This document shows positions 1 through 8,432 of a stretch of DNA of 64,000 nt, piece after piece. The translations under genes and the position numbers were made by a program. The first letter of the stretch is position 1. Each line of letters starts with the position of its first letter. Source of the stretch: an uncultured Chloroflexia bacterium. GTDB taxonomy: Bacteria > Chloroflexota > Limnocylindria > Limnocylindrales > CSP1-4. Location of the stretch: the NCBI GenBank assembly GCA_963766735.1, contig CAVYBU010000008.1, positions 32,001 through 96,000 on the forward strand. The letters are read 5' to 3'. The notes beneath the pieces are model-generated. The model had not been told where the DNA came from. It saw only the letters and a list, made by a program, of their open reading frames with translations, and searched no databases.

Positions 1-1
1 C

Positions 2-180
2 ACGGCGAAACCGACGGCAGAGCCGACGCCAGCGCCCACAGCGGAGCCCACGGCGAAACCGACGGCCAAGCCCACGGCGGAGCCGACGCCAGAGCCTACG
101 GCCGAGCCGACCGCCGAGCCCACCCTGGAGCCGACGCCAGAGCCCACAGCGGAGCCGACCGCCGAGCCGACCCCGACCGC
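2..180 (+). repeat. Degenerate 12-bp coding tandem repeat (xPT[AP] tetrapeptides)
   Basis: Repeated ccgacggcagag/cccacggcggag/ccgaccgccgag units. Confidence 0.85.
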
Positions 181-652
181 GAGTCCCGCGCCGGGCTCGG
201 GTGCGGGCGACACCGGCGACGACGGGCCCAGCCTCCTGCTGCTTGTCCTCCTCGCGGTGGTCGGCGGCGGACTCGCTGTCTACGCATGGATGCGCTCCCG
301 CGGAGGGACCCCGCCGACCGACCTCCCGCCGACCGACCTCCCGCCGACCGGTGCCCCGCCTGCCGGTCAGGCGCCGCCCCCGCCCCCACCGCCCGGCGCT
401 GGCCCCCTGGCGCCGCCGCCCCCGCCCGGTGCCGGGACGGAAACGCAGGCGATCACGCCGGTGCCCGCGACGTCAGCAGGGTTGCCGACAGCGGCCGGCG
501 TGGCCGCTGCAGCCGGGGCTCCCGGGACGGGCGCCGCGCCCGGTGAGTCAGCCGAGACCATCGACCGAGGCGATCCCGGGGATCCCGACGGGCTGGGTTC
601 GCTGATCCCGCCGGCAAACGATCCCGCTCCCACGGAGCCACCGCCCGCCTGA
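2..652 (+). CDS. C-terminal part of a membrane-anchored protein with PT-repeat (PTAE/PTPE) stalk, one TM helix and Pro-rich tail (5' truncated by the window)
   Basis: Frame 2 is open from the window edge: TAKPTAEPTPAPTAEPTAKP...GPSLLLLVLLAVVGGGLAVYAWMRSR..., continuing into ORF 257..652. Confidence 0.8.
   Translation, partial: TAKPTAEPTPAPTAEPTAKPTAKPTAEPTPEPTAEPTAEPTLEPTPEPTAEPTAEPTPTASPAPGSGAGDTGDDGPSLLLLVLLAVVGGGLAVYAWMRSRGGTPPTDLPPTDLPPTGAPPAGQAPPPPPPPGAGPLAPPPPPGAGTETQAITPVPATSAGLPTAAGVAAAAGAPGTGAAPGESAETIDRGDPGDPDGLGSLIPPANDPAPTEPPPA
311..350 (+). repeat. 15-bp tandem repeat (PPTDL x2.7)
   Basis: ccgccgaccgacctc twice plus a partial third copy. Confidence 0.85.
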
Positions 653-704
653 TTGTGGGGGCACGGACCGGACCGGCAGCGGGTCTCGGGCTCGTCCTGA
701 TGGT

Positions 705-1049
705 CTACTTCGGCGTCTTGGGCGGCAGGGCCGCGACGTGCGCCAGTGCTGCCGCAACCCAGCGCGTGCCGTCCGGCCCACCGATCAGATCGGGTGGCAA
801 GGTGACGTAGCCGCCCATCGGTCTCTCCGCGGGCCCAAACGGCCCGGAACCGTCGATCGCCCGCAGCGCCTCGGCATCCGCGGGAGCCAGCTTCACACCG
901 ATGTCGGCGCCGAACAGGCCCATGAACATGTTGCCCTGCACGAAGGCGCCGAGATTGCCGAACATCGGCTTGACCACGACCCGCGGGTCGCCGGGCACGA
1001 TCGACCGGAACCGAACCTTGTCGGCCTCGGTCGGCTTGGGGATCTGCAC
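705..1049 (-). CDS. TfoX/Sxy N-terminal domain protein
   Basis: KPMFGNLGAFVQGNMF motif, RPMGGYVTLP, W..AAL; AGGAGG RBS. Confidence 0.85.
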   Translation of the reverse strand: MQIPKPTEADKVRFRSIVPGDPRVVVKPMFGNLGAFVQGNMFMGLFGADIGVKLAPADAEALRAIDGSGPFGPAERPMGGYVTLPPDLIGGPDGTRWVAAALAHVAALPPKTPK

Positions 1050-1089
1050 GGGACGCCTCCTTGTGTCGCTGCTTCTCAGCGCCCGCAGC

Positions 1090-1518
1090 TCACCCCGCGG
1101 CCTCGGCGCCAGGGACGGCCTTCCGGGAGTGCTCTCGTGGGATGACGGTCGCTCCGATCGCGCGGCAGGTGACGATCGGCTCGGCCAGGACGTCTGCTGC
1201 CGACGGCCCCAGGTCGTAGCGGCTGGCGATCACCTTGCGCGCCTCGAACCTCACAGTCCGGCTGGTGTTGCCGATCCGGGTCACGGTGCCCGTCACCTCG
1301 AGGAAGTCGCCCGCGTAGACCGGGGCCAGGAACTCGATCTCCTGGTAGCCGACGAACAGGCCCTCGTCCCCGTCGGTGATGACCGCGATCTCGGTGATCA
1401 CGTCGCCGAACAGGGCGAGCGTGCGGGCTCCGGCAACGAGGTTGCCCCCGTAGTGGGCGTCCTCCTGGCCCATCCGGACCCTGAGGGTGCTGCTGATCGG
1501 CGCGTTCGACTCGCTCAC
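1090..1518 (-). CDS. kal: Hotdog-fold 3-aminobutyryl-CoA ammonia-lyase (Kal) / beta-alanyl-CoA ammonia-lyase family
   Basis: DAHYGGNLVAGAR..LFGDV.TE, DGDEGLF, EFLAPVYAGD, FEARKVI, SAADVLAEPIV as recalled for Kal proteins. Confidence 0.85.
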   Translation of the reverse strand: MSESNAPISSTLRVRMGQEDAHYGGNLVAGARTLALFGDVITEIAVITDGDEGLFVGYQEIEFLAPVYAGDFLEVTGTVTRIGNTSRTVRFEARKVIASRYDLGPSAADVLAEPIVTCRAIGATVIPREHSRKAVPGAEAAG

Positions 1519-3666
1519 AGGTTCAGAACCTCCCTGGTGGCCCGCGCGAGGGCCGGCTCGGTGGTCGGTCGGCCGCGTCCGAGGTCTGCGGGCGGGGCGT
1601 CGGCCCGGACGACCAGTGCGTCGACCGCCACCGTCCGCTCGCGACCGACCAGGATCGGGTTGAGGTCCGCTTCAGCGATCTCCGGGTGGTCGTCGCCGAG
1701 CGCCGCGAGCCCGACGATCGCGGCCACGATGCCATCGTCGGGGATCGACCCGCCGCGGGCAGTCCGGAGCATCCGTCCGACGATGGTGTCGTCGAGCATC
1801 CGGCGCGCCTCGTCGGGGCCGATCCGGCCGATCCGGACAGCGACCTGGTCGAAGTGCTCCGCCCAGATCCCGCCGAGGCCCACCAGGACCGCCACCCCGA
1901 ACTGGTCGTCACGCCGGAAGCCGGCGATCACCTCGAGCTCCGCCCGGACGTGCTCCGCGACGATGAACGTGACCGTGAGACCGGCCCGGGCAGCGTTCTC
2001 TGAAATCGCCGCGGCGGCCCGCCGGACCTCTTCGGGGGATCCCAGACCGACCCGTACCAGGCCCAGGTCTGTCTTGTGGCTGATGCCACTCGCCACGCCC
2101 TTGAGGACGACCGGATAGCCGATCCGGTCCGCCACCTCGACCGCCGCATCGGCGTCCGGCGCGACACCCAGGCGCGGCGTCGGGATGCCATACCGGTTGA
2201 CGATCGCAAGTGAGGCGAGCTCATCGAGGGTTCCGGCCGCGGCCAGCTCCGGGAGCGCGACCGGCGGGCCATCGGCGGCGACCCGCCCGTCGCCCGCCCA
2301 TTCGGTTCGCCTGCGCGACCTTGGCCAGCGCGTCCAGCGCCACCCATGCGCCACGCAGGAGAGGGATTCGCTCGGTCAGGCAGTAGTTGAGCAGTTCCGG
2401 ACTCGGATCCTGGCTCGAGGGTGAGAGGAAGACCGGTGTCTTCTTCGACCGCGCTGCCTCGCCCGCCAGGTACGACGCCAGGTCACGCCCGAGCTGGAGC
2501 TCGTACGAGCCGCATGTCGTCTGCTGGTCGAGGCTCACGACGAGCAGGTCACCCGGCTCATCGGCCAGCGTCCGGAGGGCTCGGGGGTAGATGGCCTTGT
2601 AGTCGTCCGTGCCCCACGGATCCATCGGGTTGCGGGGGTGGAAGTTCGGCCAGGTTGCCGTGAGCGCGGCGGCGCCCGCCTCGCTCAGCGGCGGCAGCTC
2701 GATCCCGACGTCCTCGGCCAGGTCGGAGAGCAGGTTCGCCTCACCCCCGGAGTTGGTGACGATGTGCGCCCGCCGGCCCATCTGCGTCCGACCCGCGCCG
2801 AAGATCTCGCCGATCGTGGTCAGCTCGTCGAGATCGGCGCACAGGATCGCTCCGGCCTGCCGCAGCGCGGCTGCCCCGACCCGGGCGTTGCCGGCCAGCT
2901 TCCCGGAGTGGGCGACGATCCCGGCCTGGGCCGCCGACGATCGGCCGACCTTGCACACCGCCAGCGGCTTGCCGGCCTCCGCCATGGCTCGGGCGGCGGC
3001 CAGGAACCCGGTCGCATCGCCGAACCCCTCGACGAAGGCCAGGACGGCGTCCGTCCGCTCGTCGTCGGCGAAGAAGGCCAGGTATTCGGCCAGCCCGGTT
3101 CCCGCCTCCGACCCGCACGAGACGATGGTCGACAGCGGGACGCGCCCGCCGTTGTTCACGAACGCCTCCACGATCGCGCCGCTCTGGGCGACCACCCCGA
3201 CCCGTCCCCGCCGGACCTGCATCGGGACGGTCCCGATGTACGGGGCCGCCCCGGTCACGAGATCGACGAAGCCCATGCAGTTGGTCCCGACCACCGCGAT
3301 GCCCCGCTCAGAGGCGAGCGTCCGCAGCTCGGCCGCCAGCTCCAGCGCCGCCTCGCCGGAATCCGTGTAGCCGGCACCCGGGATCACGAAGCTCCGGGCG
3401 CCAATCGCCACGCCCTCCCGGACAGCCTCCAGGATGCGATCGGTCCCCAGCTGGACGAGGACGACGTCGGGCGCCTCCGGAAGATCGGAGAGTGACGGCA
3501 CGGCAGGCAGGCCGCCGATCTCCTGGTACTTCGGATTGACCGGGTAGAGGTTGCCCTGGTAGCCCAGCGCGCGGCTGTTCTCAAGGGCGACCCGCCCCAC
3601 GAACGAGCGCGGGCTGGCGCCCACGATCGCGATCGAGCCGGGACGGAGAATCGGGGTGAGATCCAT
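1515..3666 (-). CDS. Acetate--CoA ligase (ADP-forming) family, fused alpha-beta; one frameshift near 2300
   Basis: CoA-binding IAIVGAS, YPVNP, GTNCMG, QSG, phospho-His in AHSGKLAG (ORF 2221..3666); ATP-grasp PVVLKG..HKTDLG, DLNP (ORF 1515..2354). Confidence 0.85.
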
Positions 3667-3806
3667 GATGATCGGAGCGTACGAGCCCGCGGCGCCGGAG
3701 GGAAGTGCGTTCCGTCGGGCGGGCGCAGGCGCGCCGGCCCGACATCAGGTGGTCGAGTCACGGATCCGATGTCGGTGTCTGCGGCCCCGATCTCCGAAGG
3801 CGCCTG

Positions 3807-4727
3807 CTACCCGGCCGCCTCGATCTGTGCCCGGAGCAGCACGCGTCCGGGCTCGACACGGTATCCGTGCCTGGTGTTCAGGCGGCGGATGGGCTCGTTT
3901 CGCTCCTCGTTCGCCGTGACGAGCCGCAGGTAGCCCTGCTCCTTCGCCCACCTGATCTGCGCCCGCTTCAGCGCCCCCCCGATCCCGCGCCTGCGCCAGG
4001 CCCGCTTGACCCCCGCCAGATCGTGGAATGCCTGCCCGGTCCACAGGGACGGCACCGACAGCTTCGCGTAACCGACAACCTCGCTCCCCGCCAGCGCCAC
4101 GAACACGGCCTCGGGTCGATCCGAGACGCCCCGCATGTCGTTCTCGAGCCACTGCTCGAACGGCGCGATCTCGTTGCCCTCTTCGCCGGGAATGTCCGGC
4201 TCGGCCTCGAGGTAGACCTCGTACAGGTCCCGCTCGATGCCCGGCCGCTCCGACCACATGACGATCTCGATCCCGTCGGGCGGCTCTGTCGCCGGAGCCT
4301 CGATCGAATCGAGCTCGAGCACGAGCCGCGAATCGCGCCCGACCTCGACGAAGCCTCGCCGACCGGCCCACCCGAGGCTGGCCTGGTCGTCCTCGGCCAC
4401 GGGCATCTCAACTGCGGTGCACCCGCGCTCGGTGCTCCAGCGGATGAGCTCTGCAAGGAGGGCAGAGCCGACGCCACGACCGCGGGCCTCGGGAAGGGTC
4501 CACTCCTCGACGAATGCCGTCTGCGGCCGCGCGTGCCAGCCGAGGACTCCGACTCCCGCTCCCGCGTCCTCGCCGTCGGCGACCGCGATCAGCCAGACCA
4601 TGTCCTCGGCCTGCCGCCTCCAGTCGAGGAACTCCTCGGCGGCGGCCGGGTCGTCCGCGCGAACCGCATTGTGGACGGCGAGCAGGCGCTCGAGCTCCGG
4701 GGCATCGACGACCACGATCTGGACCAC
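3807..4727 (-). CDS. Tandem-domain GNAT N-acetyltransferase
   Basis: Two acetyl-CoA motifs (PEARGRGVGSAL; WRRRGIGGALK), N.PIRRLN..HGY; GTG start 6 nt after TACACT. Confidence 0.85.
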   Translation of the reverse strand: MVQIVVVDAPELERLLAVHNAVRADDPAAAEEFLDWRRQAEDMVWLIAVADGEDAGAGVGVLGWHARPQTAFVEEWTLPEARGRGVGSALLAELIRWSTERGCTAVEMPVAEDDQASLGWAGRRGFVEVGRDSRLVLELDSIEAPATEPPDGIEIVMWSERPGIERDLYEVYLEAEPDIPGEEGNEIAPFEQWLENDMRGVSDRPEAVFVALAGSEVVGYAKLSVPSLWTGQAFHDLAGVKRAWRRRGIGGALKRAQIRWAKEQGYLRLVTANEERNEPIRRLNTRHGYRVEPGRVLLRAQIEAAG

Positions 4728-4881
4728 GGGACGAGTGTAGAGCGCGCCGGTGCAACCGGAGGATGCCGACGGGGTCGGGGCCATCATCATGGCCGAGGGG
4801 CTCGGCCACGTGTAGGCCCGCGGTCCGACGACGTCCAGCGGGACCACGCCGGCCACGCCGCGGCCCGGCTATGCTGCCGCG

Positions 4882-5151
4882 ATGAACGAGCAGACCCTGC
4901 CTCCCATCGTCGTCCTCGGGCGCGACACCTGTGCCGACACCGTCCGGTCTCGCGCCCTGCTCGCTCAGCGCCGGATCCCGTTCACCTACCTGAAGGTGGA
5001 CGAGGACGCGGCCGCCGATGCGTGGATCCGTCGCCTGAACGACGGCGCGTGGCGCACCCCGACGATCCTCATCGGCGACCCGGACCGGCCCGACCTGATC
5101 CTGCGCGAGCCGTCTGACGAGGAGCTCCTGGCGGCCCTTGGCCTCACCTGA
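4882..5151 (+). CDS. Glutaredoxin/mycoredoxin-like protein with CxxT active site
   Basis: 89 aa thioredoxin-fold pattern: GRDTCADT, cis-Pro motif RTPTI, EPS.EEL. Confidence 0.75.
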   Translation: MNEQTLPPIVVLGRDTCADTVRSRALLAQRRIPFTYLKVDEDAAADAWIRRLNDGAWRTPTILIGDPDRPDLILREPSDEELLAALGLT

Positions 5152-5196
5152 TCGAGGGCAGGACACGCCGCCCACCTTGGCACGGGCGCTCGTCGA

Positions 5197-5703
5197 TCAG
5201 GTTGCCGGCGCCTCGAGACCGAGCACCGTTGCCAGCTCCAGCAACGCGGCCCGTTCCGCGTCGTTGACCATCACGCCGCCGCGGCCGAGGAACCCCTGGT
5301 CCTCCTTGCCGGCCTTCGCCACCACCGTTGCGATCTCGAGCAACCAGGCCCTGTAGGCGGCCGCCTCGTCGGCGGTTGCCCCGGCGTCGGCCACCGCCAC
5401 GGCCGACCGCACGACGCCCAGGGCCCGGTCACGCGCACCGGGCGCCGTCACGACCTTGACGTAGTCCGGAAACGATCCGCCGGAGGCCGCCCTGTCGCTG
5501 AGCGCCGCCAGGATCGACATGATGAGCGGGTGGGAAATCTCGTCACGCGCGCTGTCAAGCACGTGGCTGGCCATCGCGAACCCCTCGCTCGCCGTCTCCT
5601 CCTTGCGGCCGGGGCTCGCCGTCGAGATCAGCACCGCGGCGGCCTCAAGGGCAACCACGAGCAGTCGCTGGTCGTCCGGATCGAAGTCGTCGAGCAGGGT
5701 CAT
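5197..5703 (-). CDS. Conserved hypothetical helical protein (possibly TerB-like)
   Basis: AYRAWLLEIA..VAKAGKE..GFLG.GG..V.DAE.AAL pattern; GGAGG RBS. Confidence 0.65.
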   Translation of the reverse strand: MTLLDDFDPDDQRLLVVALEAAAVLISTASPGRKEETASEGFAMASHVLDSARDEISHPLIMSILAALSDRAASGGSFPDYVKVVTAPGARDRALGVVRSAVAVADAGATADEAAAYRAWLLEIATVVAKAGKEDQGFLGRGGVMVNDAERAALLELATVLGLEAPAT

Positions 5704-5825
5704 GTCACCACCTCCATGCACCGGCGAGTGGAAGCGGTGCATGCAATCGACAATACCGTGCCTCGGCTCCTGGCCCGGGGGGCCAGCGACGAACTGGTGC
5801 CGGGCGTAGAATTCGACCGACGCCC

Positions 5826-6848
5826 GTGTCGATCTCCCCTCCCGCCGAGGAACCGCTCGGCACCCTCGCCCGTCGCAACGACCGCTTCATGGTGGCCGGC
5901 GTGCTCGCGTACGCCGTCCTCGTGGTCTTCCTGATGATCGTCGGCGGCGTTGCGCTCACGCCCGATGTGCTCGCGGTCTCCTTCGGCCTCGTCGCGCTGC
6001 TGCTCGGACGCGGTCGCCTCTTCTTCCGGGACTGGATCCCGTTCATCGTCCTGCTTCTCGCCTACGAGCTCATGCGCGGCATCGCCGACGACGCCGGCCT
6101 GCCGCTCCACGCCGGCGACCTGCTCGTGGCCGAGCGGCTCATCGCGTTCGGCACCGTGCCGACCCAGGTCCTCCAGGACGCGCTCCGCCCGGCGAGCGGC
6201 CCCGATCCGATCGCCCTGGGAGCGACCGTGGTCTACATGCTCCACTTCGTCCTGCCGCTGGCGACGGCCTTCGTCCTCTGGCTCTGGCGGCGCCCGCAGT
6301 TCTACGACTTCGTGGCGTCGCTGATCCTCCTGTCCGTCGCCGGCTTCATCACCTACCTGCTCTTCCCGGCGGCGCCGCCGTGGTACGTCGCCCGCGATGG
6401 CCTCTTGAACGGACCCGATGGGCAGCCCGTCATCGCCTACCTGAAACCGGGAGCCTTCGAGGAGCTGGCCGCGGCGCTGGGCTTCGACGGCCGATATCTC
6501 TATTCCCTGGCTTTCGGAAGCGTGAACCCGAACCCGGTCGCCGCCTTTCCCTCGCTGCACGTGGCCTACCCGGTCCTGACCTTCCTCGTGCTGCGGCGGG
6601 CGTTCGGGCGGATCGGGTGGCTCGCCCTGGGGTACGCGGGGATCGTCGCCTTCTCGGTCGTCTACACGGCCGACCACTGGGTGCTGGATGTCATCGCCGG
6701 CGCGGCCTACGCGTACGTGGCGTACTACGCGGTCCTGCACCTGCCGGACCGGAAGCGAGCGTGGGGTGCCATGGTGCCTCTCGGCCGCCGTCGGTCAGCG
6801 TGGGCGAGTCGCCCGGATCCCGCCCCCGACCAGGATGAGGGGAGCTGA
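5826..6848 (+). CDS. PAP2-family (AUR1/IPC synthase-like) membrane phosphatase/phosphotransferase
   Basis: P.APPWY, AAFPSLH and DHWVLD motifs; multiple TM helices. Confidence 0.85.
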   Translation: MSISPPAEEPLGTLARRNDRFMVAGVLAYAVLVVFLMIVGGVALTPDVLAVSFGLVALLLGRGRLFFRDWIPFIVLLLAYELMRGIADDAGLPLHAGDLLVAERLIAFGTVPTQVLQDALRPASGPDPIALGATVVYMLHFVLPLATAFVLWLWRRPQFYDFVASLILLSVAGFITYLLFPAAPPWYVARDGLLNGPDGQPVIAYLKPGAFEELAAALGFDGRYLYSLAFGSVNPNPVAAFPSLHVAYPVLTFLVLRRAFGRIGWLALGYAGIVAFSVVYTADHWVLDVIAGAAYAYVAYYAVLHLPDRKRAWGAMVPLGRRRSAWASRPDPAPDQDEGS

Positions 6849-6925
6849 CGCGCCGGAGATCCGACAGGATCACCGGGCGGTGAGGCCCTGTCTGCGAGCA
6901 CCCCCGCTCCCGTACGATTGCGGTG

Positions 6926-8390
6926 ATGGCCCTCCCGATTGCCCGCCGGGCGACACGCGTCTCACTCCCGCTCGTGGGTGCGTTCGTCGTGGGCGCGATC
7001 GCCTACGGCGGCCTCTACACGTTCCCTGCCCTGTCGGTTGCGTTCGCGGCGGAGTTCGGGATCAGCCGGACGCTGGCGGTTGCCCCGTGGACGATGTTCC
7101 TGGTGGTGACGGCCATCGCGAGCCCGCTCCTGGGCCGGGCCTACGACGAGTGGGCGGACCGGGACCTCCTGACGGCGTCGATGGTCCTGCTGGCGGCCGG
7201 CTGGCTCGCGGTCTACCTCGCCCAGGAGATCTCGCTCCTCATCCTCGCCTACGCGGTGTTCATGGCGCTGGGCCTCCAGCTCTCGTTCATCGGGACGTCC
7301 ACCGCGATTGCCCGCCGGTACGAGGGGGTGTCCGGGCTCGCCCTGGGGATCGCCTATGCGGGTCCGGGGATCGGGGTGGCGATCGCCCTCCCGGTCGCAG
7401 CCGGCCTGATCGCCACCGCCGGCTGGCGCTCGACATCCCTCGTCTTCCTTGCCACGTGCCTCGTCGGCGTGGTGTTCGTCTGGCTCATGACGAGCGGCCC
7501 GGCCATCGTCGTGCCGACGCGCAGGACGGACAGGCGGCGCACGACGGCCCCCTCCGACGTGATGGGTGCCGCACCACCGGCCGCCCCCACCGTCGCAGGC
7601 CCATCGCACTCGGCCCAGCCGCCCGTCGCTGGCGATCGGGGAGCCCATGAGCGCAGGCCAGCTCGACGTCCGGGAAACCGAGGCGGTGCAGGCCGCCCAC
7701 GCCTTGGGTCTCCACGAGACGTCGGCACCGGGGGCCGTGTCGGCCGCCCGCGAGGTCCTGCCCGTGGGCAGCGGCGAGCACCGCCACGGCATCCGGCGCG
7801 TCGTCCGGACCCGGCGCTTCTGGATCCTGTTCGCAGGCGCGGCCGCGATCGGGATCTTCGACGAGGGCGTCCTCCAGGCATTCATCCCGAGCGCCGTCCA
7901 GAGCGGACTCGGTGCCGGCTGGGCGGCCACCGCGCTCGGGCTCCAGTCGCTCGCCTACGTCGGCGGCCAGATCGTCGGCGGCTGGCTGTCCGACCACGTG
8001 GACCGGCGGATCGTCGGCGTCACCGCGGCGGCGGCCATCGGCGGCGGCGTCGTGGCGGCCCTCGGCGTCGTCGGGTCCGTGCCCACGCTCGCGGTCGCCG
8101 GGATCATCGTTCACGGGATCGGGACCGGGGCGACGATCGCCGTCCGGTCGGCTGCATTCGGGGACGTGTTCGGCGGCCCCAACTTCGGGACGATCTTCGG
8201 CCTGCTCAGCGTCGCCTACCCGATCGGCGGGACGTTCGCGGTCTACTTCGGCGCGATCGCGCTCGATGCGACCGGGTCGTACGCGCCGCTCATCCCGGTG
8301 GTCGTCGCCGCGCTCGTCGTGTGGTCGGTCGCCCTCTGGATCGCGGGTCCGCGGCGGGCCCGCGGGCCGGCACGCGGGTCGCCGGCCTGA
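6926..8390 (+). CDS. MFS transporter; frameshift in the central linker (~7550-7640)
   Basis: N-half 6 TM with GRAYDEWADR in ORF 6923..; C-half 6 TM with GWLSDHVDRR in ORF 7566..8390. Confidence 0.75.
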
Positions 8391-8432
8391 CGGCCCGGCC
8401 CCGATGGGGCTGCGAGCGCTGGGCGGAGCGCG

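Noticed and set aside
2-350. Short repeats as a CRISPR array
   Set aside because: Repeats are tandem, in-frame and coding, with no spacers and no cas genes
6926-8390. Two separate half-MFS genes or programmed frameshift
   Set aside because: The first frame has no stop near the junction and other indels occur in this contig; a single sequencing indel is simpler, although an ATG with GGAG exists at 7647
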